From assembly GCA_015680685.1 (NCBI GenBank), contig MNCI01001519.1:635318-699317 (forward strand): 64,000 nucleotides of DNA, written 5' to 3'. The stretch comes from Gnetum montanum (lineage: Eukaryota > Plantae > Gnetophyta). The translations under genes were made by a program, and so were the position numbers. The notes beneath the pieces are model-generated. The model worked only from the letters and a program-made list of their open reading frames with translations. It did no database searches and was not told the DNA's origin. Numbering within the stretch: position 1 is the stretch's first letter; each line of letters begins with the position of its first letter. Positions 26,801 through 39,400 of this stretch are shown piece by piece.

Positions 26801-29800
26801 AACTAGTGAGGGTGTTAAGGTAGCAAAGACCAGTGGGAGTGGTGGTTGTGGTAGCTCAAGGGGCAAGTTTGGAGGTGCAGAGGATGTTGTGGATGGTTTT
26901 GAGTGCAATGTGGGGCAGGGAGAGTGTGGGCGTGGAAGGGTATAGCTCTAGCCTTTTCGACAGTGACAAAACTTTGCTAGGCTCAGACGTCTGATGCCCT
27001 GGGATGGGGGAGTATCAACGTAGTGTCATGCTCTTAGAGGACACTTCATTTGCAGTTGCAAGGCCCAAAGCAAGAGGGCATGCAAACAATGAGGCTTAAC
27101 CTCACAGGAAGTTTGTTTCAGCCAACACCCAACCATGGTTGGATCTCATTAAGCATTTTGTTGCCACGTCTTGGGAGATGCCAAAAGTGGAGATTCGCTC
27201 CCTAGCAAGGGACTTGTTGTTCATCTTCCAAAATTTGGAGGATAGGGACCGTATCCTACTAGGAGGCCCATGGTTCTTTGAAGCCAAGAGCCTTGCCCTC
27301 ACCCACTAGAGCTCAAGAGCCCATTGAGATCCTAGGTTATTCACATAGGCTCCTATGTGGGTAAGGGTCTTGGGAATCCTTTGGGAGTTATGGAGCACAA
27401 ATTTCTTGAGGGTGCTTGCAAGCTTTCTTGGCAAGTTCACTGCGTCAAAGATGCACATGGGGTATGCAAGGTTTTGTATCTAGAGATCTCTTTCCTTTGC
27501 AAACCTCTTGTGGGAGGTTCATCTTGCCCTCCCCTTTGGGGAGGAAATGCTGGTCGTTGAATATGAGAATGTTCCTGCAAATGTGCCTGCACCTCCCTAG
27601 GCTAGGCCACCTACAACATGTGAAATCTATGGTAAATGAAACCATGCCACCAAGGACTACAAAGTGTGCCCTAGGATGCCCAAACCAAAAGATAAGGCAT
27701 CTCGGGGTGGGTGGGTATTGGTGGGAAAGAAGAGGAGGGTTTCAACAATCCTTCCCCCTTCTCCTCCCCACTTCCCTCCTTCTCTAAAGAGGAGGAAGGG
27801 TGTTGGTGGCAAGGGACCTATCATTGGAGGACCCATTGCCAATCCAATCTAAAAGATCAAGGAATTTCAACAACTTAAATCACGTAGATTTGCAATGATT
27901 GTAATACACTATTCATGGTGAAGCTTAAATCTATTGTCCTTAGAGCACATGTATTGCCAAGAAATTGGAAGCAAAATCAAAATCCTAGAGCTGGTTAATT
28001 CAAAGTGTTAAAGGTTTGGGGACATACCCTAGTGATGAGTGGCGAGGTACCCCTACACTCAACCATACGAATACGAGTGTTTCACGCACGATTCGGTCAA
28101 ACTCCGCAAACAAGCTAGTTGTGGTATCTAAATAGTTGCTTGTTGATCGCAGTCCGTTGTCTTCCCACCTGGACTAGTATACGCTTTGTCACGTATGGTT
28201 TAGTCTAGAGTGAGGTGTATGATGTGGTTTCTAACCTAGTGCTACTCCTAGAGGCAATGGAAAATAACTTTAATTAAGCTAGGAGGAAAAGGGTGAAGAG
28301 AGTCTAAGCTAATAGGAAGTGGGAGAGAGAATCTAAGATAGCCTAAGTGTGATGAGCATCCGTTCCCTAATCATCTGTACACATCTTGGACCTCGTGCAC
28401 GACTACCACTGGGATCACCAAGCGCATGGCCTAGGTACACTACTGGGATACCAAGTAGTCACACTTGAATGCTCGTGATTAAGTCATACTCATTCCACGT
28501 TTAAGGAGTTTAGGGTGAAGAGATATTAACTACGACAACAATAAATAATAATAACAATTAAATAATTAAACTAAGTGAATGCTACAATGATGAAGTAATC
28601 TCGATCTTTATTTTCGGTCATGTGCATGTCCAAGTACTTCACACTCGAATAAAGGTTCCATACAATTACAATCATCACACTACAAGCATGCACTAGGGGA
28701 AAGGGTTGAGAGGAAAAACTGACAAAAAGATCCTAACACTAACTTCTTGACTCTAAAAACTAACTATTACTTTCCCATGTGCCCCATTGTGTATTTATAG
28801 GCTCACACGGGAACCGCAATATCACATATCCGATATCGCTTGTCAGGCCACGATATTGCGTACCCGATATCACGTAAGCGATATCAGGGGTCTGATATCG
28901 GAACTCATCAGATATCAGGGGTCTGATATCAGCACCTAGTTAACAAGGGTCCGATATCAACACCTGGTTAACAAGGGTCCAATATCAGCACTTGACAAAC
29001 CACGATTCATCACCTAGGAACCTTGGAGTATCTTGGGGAACACATCACTATTGCATACCCACATGAGGATGCTTCCCCATGTAACACTAAGGATTTTTTA
29101 AATTAGCTTAGACAATACTAAGGTCTTCTCTTTGTGTGTGTGTGTGTGTTTGATGCATTGCAAATCTAATTCTAAAGTAGTATCAAGAAAAAGAATGATT
29201 TTTAGAACTTCTCAAAAAGTTGACTATGAGATTTCAATTTGCTACATACTATAAGAGGACCTTTTATTCCAAAGACAATATTAACTTGAGATGCAAGAAT
29301 TTAGTTTAAAAAAACAGTCTGTTTTCAGCAGAATTCACTTTTGTAGTAGCAAATCTAGAAATAGTTCGTTATAAGGTTTCAAACAGTGATCTAGAAATAT
29401 TACAACTTTGCCTCTATTAAACATACATCTAAAGCACAAGAAATAAATATTATTAAGTTCTAATTTCACTTTGTATGTGTTGAACATGTAAATAATGATG
29501 TTATAGGAAGTAGATTTTGTGAAGTCCATCTTTGCTTAAAATTACATTTACTGTAATGGATAGGCAAATTCAGTGTACATTAAACAGAGATTCATTAAAA
29601 CGAGCTGCATTAGATCTCTCTTGGTTAAGTGTAACACTCTGTCATGTTTGTTCTCACATGTTTCATGCAAGATCATAATTGTTTTCTAAGGGTGTTTTGA
29701 TAGGCCCTGATACATTTGGTGGAGAATGTCCATGTGTTATAACAGTTGCGGTTGTGCTCTCTATGTCATGTTCTTGCCTTTGGTTAGTTTAGATATGGAT

Positions 29801-32800
29801 ATTTGTTTTTCTTCCTAATCAAAAATTTAGTGGGGCATGTCAGTGAAGAAAAATGTCATATGATGATGTACAGAGGATGTTGCAGATCAACTCATTGTCC
29901 AATGATTCATCTGGATGGAGACAGTGGTGTCTTCACGAAGCATGTGTTTTGTTCATTGAATAAGCAATATTTGTCTTCAATTGAAAGATTTTTATATATT
30001 TGAAGCCAAATCTTAAAAGAGCTCTTATATTATTAAAATTTTAAAGACGTAAAGATATTGTTAGCTAATTACACATGAAAATAACTAATAAGGATGAATC
30101 CTTGTAGACATTTCAACGGGGACCGGGATTCTCCTAGAAGTAATACCCCTAAATCATTTTATCAAGATTCTTCTAGAAAAAGAAAACCTTCTAGATGTAT
30201 TTAGATGCTTTACTGGGTAATATGTAATTAGAGTTTGAATATATTGGCCCATATAAGGGCTGGATTCCTTGCTCATTGAAAGTGAACACTTCTATTGCTT
30301 GATTAAACAATAAGAACTTAACTTATCCTTGATATTTCCCTCCATGCTTGAAGGTTCTACCATATAAATATTGTCCCTCTCATGTTTTCTGTTTTTGCAT
30401 CAAATGCTACTTTTGGTGTAACATTCATATATTGCTCTTTTAGGTTATCTTGCTGAATGATCACTTGAACATGCCACTTTGTCTATCACTGCACTTTCTG
30501 CATCTTTCTAACACCTGACTCATAATAAATGATGACAAGACTCTGCAAAAACATTAAACATCTGCAGAAAAATATTTCTTGGGAATGCCCATCCTCACAA
30601 AAATGAACTATTTTTTCTAATGAAAATTAGACATTCTATTTAATTTCAAATAGAGTTTGACTTACTTTTGCATCTGTAAAGTACACAAATTTAGGCAATG
30701 CAAAAACTAGCAGCAATCAATTATGTTGTTGCCAACTGAAATGTTGGTTTCTTTATAGTGGACTTCTGCAGAAAATTATTTCTTGGGAATGTCCATCCTC
30801 ACAAAAAAATATCAAACAGCTCCAGAAAAATATTTCTTGGGAATTCCCATCCTCACAAAAAATGAACTAATTTTTGTAATGAAAATTAGACCTTCTAGTT
30901 AATTTCAAATACAGTTTTGACTTACTTTGGAATCTGTAAAGTACAGACAGGTAGGCAATACAAAAACTAGCAGCAATCAAGTATGTTGTTGCCAAATGAA
31001 ATTTGGTTTGTTTATAGTAGACTCATGCAGTATTACAAGGTTAATAAGATAACAAAAAGGTCAATCAATAGCTCTCACCTCAATATAAGATGTACAGTTT
31101 GCAAAGTAAAGGAATACTGATCACCTCAATATGAAATATATAGTTTGCAAAGTAAAGGAATATTAAAAGGGTGGTGATTGATTTCCAAGATTTTCAAATT
31201 TAGTGGCTAGTAATGTTAGATGGTAATTTACACTTTGTGAATGTCAGTTAATCAAGCCATAAAGGTACAGTATTTGTAAGTTGAGTATGTCTTCGGTGTC
31301 AATTTACAATTGGTTAACTTACAAAATCATGTAAATCGAAAAGTCATGAATCGCAACTCTCAAAAAGTATTGTAAGTCTTTTGTTGAAAATGGGTTCTAT
31401 ATATTGTCAGAGTGAAACAAAATCAAGTCCTACACAGGAAGAAGGCAAAATAGACCAAAAGTCCAAAAGAAGGAAAAGAATTTACAAAACTCTTACTGTG
31501 AGAACAGAAAAGCCTGTTACTGCCATTTTAATTTAATTTTCTAATTCTATTACTGTTGCCTTCTTACAATCCTGAAAAACAAGAAACATTAACAAAAAAA
31601 TTAATTGTTCTGCAACCAGTGGGAAGAAGAACAGACTTACAGCATCCAAGTCCACTACTGCTGTCATAACCTCAACATCTTCAAGGGAAAATTGTGATCC
31701 TTGACCAACTAGGTCACCATTTATGATAATAGAAGCACAACCATCTGCAACCAAGTGCATTGAAAAAGATGTCATTCATACATATAATGTAAGATCATTC
31801 CGTCCAACTTAAATTTATTTTTTGTGATTATAGTCATTTACAAATATTTGTAGGTAATTATGGTGTCTCATAATTTGGATGCTTCTCTCTCATTCAGACA
31901 ATCAATGAGGCTTTCAGTAAAACAGTACCACAACTGCTCAATTATTTTTTACATAACATTGTTATTTTTAGCAATGGTGCATATTTTTTGCAATAAACTA
32001 AAAACATTTTTTTTCTCAGTAATTAAGTACTTGAAAAAACAGCCAGATTGCCATAGAATTTAGATCAGAAAGAATCAACAAGCCAGAAAAGTTGCAGGCA
32101 AAAAGTTAAATAAAAAATTTTGGTAATATAAAGGAAATCATCAACATCATGGTGCCTTTATTGTGATCAGAATAAATCAAGTCAACTTAGGTTGGTCAGC
32201 ATAATTTTTGATGTGCAACTAATCATAAGTACTGCACACTTCTAATTGTAGAAGAGATCATAACATCCATCTTGAATCGTTCAGTCATTAACATTGTATA
32301 CAAAAATAAAGTTTGTTAAACAATGTGGAAACCAAAGAATCATGCAACTTCCATAACAAAAACGGGGTGAATTAAGGTTTTTTTTTCACCCCCATTGTTT
32401 GGAATTTCAATTAATAATCTAGAAAGTTAGGTCTGATAAGTGCCTAACTAATATGCTGAAAAACACGTTAAGAACTAGTTCATCTTTTCATTTTTTTCTT
32501 ATGATGTGACATTTATTCTAAATTCTTATAAAAGGATGCAAGAAATGCTATATACATTTTAAAAAATTTGCAAACATTAAAGTATGAACGTGAATGTTGA
32601 AAGGAAACAATTCAGATCAATAGTAGAGGAATATGCAATGCAGCAATCAGTCCTAAGTGTAGGAAAGTGGCAGAGTTCTTATGGGCAAGTGGCAGAGGAA
32701 TACCCTCGATATCCTCCATGAGCTGGAGCGCCCAAACTGCGCCTGTAGGCAGCTCCCGACTCACCCGTAGGGGGTTATCCCTGGTGGGGGGGTCGCTCCC

Positions 32801-35800
32801 CCCCCCCACGGCCGTTGTGTTGTTGGGGGGTCGCCCCCCCTGGGTGTTTTGGCTTCCTTCGGTTTTCTCGGTTCTGGCTGGCTGTTTGTCTGCCTCTTCT
32901 GAGTTGTTTGGGGCCCGGGGGCCCTCCCTGTGGGGTTTCTCCTGATGGCCCGCCGCTTGTTATCGCTTGTAATCTTTGTAACATAATTTTGCTCCTTTAA
33001 TATAATCCCGAACTCTTTCTCAAAAAAAAAAAAAAAAGGGTTGCATCAACAGGCAACTGCATAGACAATTGGACAGTGATTTCCATGTGGATGCAAATAT
33101 TGATTAGCATAGTACAAATGAGATTTCATCTTCTTAGAGTTGAAACTAAAAGATGAGAGAATGAACAACAAAAAGATCAAGGATGTAGATTTTGTCAACT
33201 ACAGGAAATACAAGATAAACACCATATTTTAATGGAATGTTGTGGAACTAGCTTTTATAAATAGAAATGAAATATTGCAAGAAAAATTTTGCATGAACTA
33301 CTATATATTGAAGAATTACTCAAACTATATGATTATTGGACACATTTGATACACTTTAAAAATATTAATATTAATATGTTAGAAAGTCAGAATAAAGCTG
33401 GATCAACTTACCAAAATTAGTTGATTCTTTTTTTCTTTTCTTTTTTGAGGAAATGTTCAGGATTAAATTACTGAAAATAAAATACAAGATATTACAAAAT
33501 GTGGGTCAACAACATTGGCCCAGATGGGAGGTTTTTAAGCCTCAATCCATTGTGCACAATTGTGCACCAGCCACTCACATCAAAAGCGTGAGACTGTAAA
33601 AGATGTTTTGGCAGTGCAAAACGACACTGCGTCACTTCTTGAAAGATCGCACAAAACCTAGGGCCCACGGCCGCCCTAGGGGGGCAGAAAAATGGTCCCA
33701 CTACAGGCTCGTCAGCAGCCTATGACAGGCGTAGTGTGGATGTTCGAGGGCATGGAGAATGTCCAACGTGTTGTGATGAAGCTTTGTGTCCACAAAGCTG
33801 ACAGCCTGTTGGAATCCTTGCATGGCCGATTCACGCCAGTTTCGATCCTCTGTCGATGTCCCCCCATCCGAGTGGAAACGCACCGAGGTCCGATAGATGT
33901 GATGCCAGAGCTCCCCCCACATGCAATCACAGTTGATGCCAAGGCTGATGTATGGACATCGTCCAACCCTAAACCACTAGTGCACACTCTGCTCATGTGC
34001 CCAATCTTGCTGGCGCTGTCTCTATTCCTCCTCCTCTTGCTCTCACCTCTGCTGAGCTTGCTCAACTGCCTCACGCTCTCTTCGGGTGGTTTCCTCCTGG
34101 ATCAGCTCATCTAGCACTTGGGCCCAAATCTTGTCCACCAAACAGGCCCAGGCTGCATCCGCCAACAGGGCTTGCTACCTTATTATCTCCTATTCCCTTT
34201 TGCAGAAACAGGTTTCCATTTTGATCCGTGCTTGTGTGAGGGCTTCTTCCCACTTTGCTTCCCACTCTCGGCATTTAGCTTCGCGTGTCGTGGCCACGGC
34301 CTCCAAAGCCGCTTGCTGTAGCGCATCATCCCTTCTTTCGTTGTGCCTCGACATTTCAAGCGGTGACATCTCCAGCACCGCCATGGGGTTTGGGGTCCTT
34401 TGTCCCCTACGGCTACGTCTTCTCCTAGTATACGTCACCGTGGGTTGGGTCCAACTCTCCAGGCCGGCCAAAAGGGATGGGTCAGACGGGGAGCCCCCCA
34501 AAGGGGGGGCAATCCCTAGCCCCGAAGGATGTTGCCCCCTGGCTGCCCCCTGCCACAAGGCCAGGATGAACCCGTAGTGGCAGCCTCGCCTCTGCTGTTG
34601 TAGAGCCACCAAAAAAAACCTTGGCAAGTTAACCCTAACTCCCAATTTAAGGCATTTGAGGAAAGCAAAGTGGATGCCTTGGAGTTTTGACCTGTTGCCA
34701 GACTGTACAAAAAATCAATCCACAAGATCTGCCGCTCGGGCCCAGATCCGGGGCAAAGAGGATCTCGGCACTTGCCTGCTTTGTGTGTGTGGCACCGGCC
34801 CATTGAAGAAAATTTTGGTGTCTTGTAGCCCGCGTGTGGAGGGCAGAAAGATTTTGCAATCGGCCTAGTCCCCCAGACACCTAGCAATTGAGGACTCAAT
34901 GATGATGACCTTTGTGCCCCTAAAGTAGGTTTGATCCTCGTGCCAGTTGGTGAAAAAAGCATCGTCTGGGAGGGCTGGGCCATTGACTTGCCATTGTAGG
35001 GCATCACTCCAACCGCATTGCTCCACTAGCTACCACAACTCTTCATCTGCTTGGAACGCCGCATAGTCAGGCTCATACATTGGCGTGACACCCATTGCTC
35101 CTTCAATCTCTTTCCACGCAGCTTCTACCTAGGAAACCACCTGGGGGGTGCAGTCTATGTAGTTGGACGATTTTGCAATTTCTCATCTTCCACACTACCC
35201 ATAAAAGTAGCATGGCTCGAGAATTGCCTGTGAAGTTCATCGAGGGGGCCGCACCCGTCGTACGCCACATGGAGTGCATTGGTAAATGAAGTGCTGCACG
35301 ATCTTAGGCACGACGCCACACAAAGGACAGGTGTCATCCAAAACAAGGCCTCATCTGCATAAGAGCACCCGAACAAGCAGCGCGTCGTTCTTAATTAACC
35401 ACAAGGACACTTTAATTTTCTCGAGCAACCGTCCCTACCAAATCTGCCGCCAACTAGGTACCAACAGGTACATGGCCGTCAGCAGGCGACGCAGCTCAAG
35501 AATCAACCACCCTTGCACTTGCATTTTGCGTGTATGGCCGCAAAGCGTTTGCCAGGGCTTCGAGCCTTGTGCTCCCACCTCCCACTGTCTGTATTTTGCA
35601 TTCATTACATGGACCCACTTGGCCAGCTCCCCAAATTGGCTTGTGAAACAGAGTAACAGGCGTTGCTGGCCCATCATCAGCTTAGCCTCAAACTTGGAAA
35701 TGCCCAACCCCCCGCATTACAGGGACGTGCAACCCGGTCCTAGTTCACAACGTGAATTTTGCTCCCCCCCCCCCCTCCCCTCTACCCCCCAACCAAACAA

Positions 35801-36385
35801 ATCGACGAATGCGCATGTTGAGTTTGTCAATAATGGCGCTCGAAGGGGTGGCAACCGTGGCCACAAATCGGGTTATTGCCGTGAGTATCCCCGACACCAC
35901 CACCAACCGCCCCTTCCTGGTTAGGAAGCGATTGGCCCAGTGTTCCACTAGTCTTTCAACCTTTTCCAACAACGTTCCCCAAGACATACACTGCCCCCAC
36001 TAGAAAAGTGAGATACCTAGGTAGGTATCTCAAACTATTCCAAGCGAAATGTTCAGGACTTGTACCACTCGGCTCTTTATCTCTGTGTCCACGTTGACAA
36101 AATGAGTCGTTGACTTAGCCATGTTAATCTCCAACCCCAGCTCGTCTGCTAACCATGAAAGTGCCACATTGATGCACCGTGCTTGTGGGACCCCAGCACG
36201 ACTAAGCAACATTGTGTCATCTATGTAATGTTCAGCCAGACATTCCACCGCCGCAATTTCTAGACCGCCAACCCTCGCCGCCCTGCAGTAATGTTGCATC
36301 AAATCCATAGCAATAATGAAAAGTAGGGGTGATAGGGGGTCTCCCTATTGCAACCCCCTCCCAGGTGAGGAGAGACACCACAACT

Positions 36386-36424
<39 letters not shown>

Positions 36425-39400
36425 ACNATGATTGCATGTAGATGCAAAGTTGGATAAAGCCCAGGTCGAAACCTTTTCGTTGCATGATGGTGGTCAGGGC
36501 TTCCCAGCTGAGTGTATCATATGCCTTGGTGATGTCTAGCTTGAGACATAGCCCTGGGAAATTCGATATTCAGAGAGAATGAAACAACTCCTGCATGAGA
36601 AGCACTTGGTCCTGCAGGGTCCGGCCTTGCACGAAACCTGTTTGGTTTACTCCCACAAGTTTAGGCATTAGCGGAGCTAGCCTACAAACAATCATCTTGG
36701 AGAATAACCGAAGTAAAACGTTGCAAACCCCGATAGGTCGAAAATGTTTTGGGTGGTGCACCTCTGCTTGCTTGGGGATGCACACAATTCGAGAACAATT
36801 AAGCTCCCTTCGAACCTACCTCTTGGCCAACATAAGGTTGAAAGTGTCCAGAATGTTGGGCCCCACTATATCCAGGAATGTCCTAAAAAATTCGAGGCTC
36901 CAACCATCCAGCTAGGCATCTTTCCTCCCAGCATATCGTTGATTGTTGTTATGAGTTCCTGCCAGGAGAACGGAAACAGAAATCTAGTGTTATCCTCCTC
37001 GTTTAGCACCTACGCAATTTGGACTGATATGGACTTCGTGGGTCATTTGGCCCAGATCTTCTCCCAATATTGTGTCAGCTCCCTAGCAACGCTCTGTGGC
37101 TCATCAACTATCCCCCCCTCCATGGTGTGCAAACTATGTGGTTGGCTCCATCCTCGTGTCTTGGCAACAACAAAGAAGAAGTTGGTTTGCCTATCCCCCT
37201 CTTGGAGCCATCTAGTCTATGATCTTTGTTTCCAATATGTCTCCTCCAAGTCAAGGCCAAGAAGTTGCCGTAGGATGTTCTGCTCTTCTTCATGCAGGTC
37301 CTCCCCTACCTCCTACCTGGTCTGGATCTGAGTCAACCTATCCCGAAGCGCTGTGCAACTCGTCCGGAAAGAAAATTTGTCCTCCACTGATAGGGCCCGA
37401 ATAGCCCACTTTAGGCGAAGCAAGCCATCTTTGAGGAAATTCCTGGGGTCTCCCTGGCCCTATCAGTAGTCTACCCAAATGTCCTCAACTAACGGCCTCA
37501 ACCATGGCTTGTACAACCAAGTTGCCTCAAAACGAAACAATCGCAAAGTTCGGCACCTTTTGGGCAAGCAAACAAACCAGGGAGCGATGATCTGATGCCA
37601 CCCATTCCTATCCCGTAACCCATGCAACCAACCAAAGGAGGAGGTCGGAACTGATGTAGATCCCGTCAATTCTAGAAAGGACGCAATCAGGGCCTTTTTG
37701 CCTATTGCTCCAAGTGAACTGGCAATTCTCAATGGGCAGATCCACCAGCGAGTGCACCGCCAGGAAATTTTGAAACTCCTAGGTGCCAGGAGGGGGGGCC
37801 TCAGCACCTGACTTTTCCCATGGGTGTAATCTTTGGTTGAAATCCCCCACAATTAGCCATGCTAGGTGGTCTCGTACTAGCGTCGCCACGCACTCCATCT
37901 CCTGCAACCTTTATTCCCACATCTATGCCCCATAGAAGTTAGTTAGCCATATCCCCCAGGAGGGGATATGGACTGCCATGGTCCACTGTGAGGAGTCAAC
38001 CAGCATCATGTCATAGCGGGCTAGGATAGCCAAACCCCCCGCCCGACCCACACATGGGTGTAGATGAACTTTTCAGCCACCCCAGATGAGATGGTGTCAT
38101 TCTGTTGCCTGTAGCTTGGTCTCTTGAAGGCATACAATATTGCATTCTTCATCATGAACAATTCTTCTCAGGGTATTTCTTTTATAGGGTGCACCCTGTC
38201 CCCTACAGTTCCAACTAAAGACCTTCATGTATGCCCAGACCAACGGTGTTGGTAGACCTCCCGAAGGGTCTTTTGCAATCCCAAATCAATATTTCATTGT
38301 GCTTGTTTAGCTCTAGAGAGACTCTCGCATGGGCGTTCGAGGCAACTCCCCCCCTCTCGCACAACTAGGCTACATCCTGAGTCCTCAGATGATGGCACCT
38401 TCTCCAGGAGCTTACGGGACGTGGCAGTCCCCCTAACCACATTAACCCATTTGCCCAGGAGGGAGCACTATCCCTGGCATCGTTGGATCGGCTAATGATG
38501 GTGAGGCATGGGGGGTGTTGGTTTCAGAGTTGTGGGGAGGAAGGTGAAAGACGAAGTGGAGAAAGTCGTGGGAGGGGGGGTGGGGGGGTNGATCCTGCAC
38601 CCTCGTCGACTCGTCCATCCAAAATCGACAATTAGCTTCTCGATGGCCGAGTTTCCCACAGCACTCGCAGCCGCCACTCCTACGCTCTCGGGCCTTCGAC
38701 CCCTGTTCCTTGCCTAGCTCTGCCTCCAAGTTGTCAAACTCAACCTGAAGGTGTTCCTCCCCACCTGGAAGCTCCAACACCATTTCCCTGATAAGGTCCT
38801 TGGCCGACAGATTCTACCACACGCAAAAACGGGCAAACCCCATCCACGCCATTGTTTGCATGACCCTATCGAAAGCGATAAACTCCCCAAATTACCCCAC
38901 CACCTGTTCAAGGAACCCCAAGTTCCACATCTCCCAAGGAATCCCAGACACCCTTACCCACACCGAGGCATGAGCAAACAGGTCTGTCTCGCAGTGCGTC
39001 CTTGGCTGCCAAGGGGTCAACGCCAACCCCTGAGCATCATAGAACCACGATCCCCCCAGCAACATTGTGTCCCTATCCTGCTGGGGAAAATGAACAAGAG
39101 CAACTCCTCGGATAAAGTTCAGACCTCAACCTGTCCAACCTTCCAATTTTCTTTCACCCACCTACGGATTAACTCCATCCGAGGGCGGGCTCCCGAAGAT
39201 ATGAAACGGCCAATAAGGCTCCGTTGCATAGTCCGGACCCCCTCCGTTGGTGGTCCGCTGATATGGAGGCGCATGGTATCATCAATATGGGAGTGTGCCT
39301 CAATCTTCCCATTTGGTGCTCTAAATTCGTTTCCCCCCCAGGGTCCTACTTGGCCCTGACCGGGTCTGGGCCATTCCCGCTTCTCGCATGTTCTCCTCCG

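Noticed and set aside
30059-30423. Possible short solo LTR (TGTTA...TAACA)
   Set aside because: No matching TSD and no second copy in the window.
36387-36426. Long poly-C tract with an N inside the RT of copy C (also C-runs near 22090, 50915 and 52105)
   Set aside because: Homopolymer slippage or sequencing uncertainty; no function supportable.
38751-39359. Long plus-strand ORFs opposite LINEs (202 aa here; also 35286-35924, 36744-37331, 25477-26004)
   Set aside because: Antisense shadows of GC-rich LINE coding sequence; not conserved between copies.
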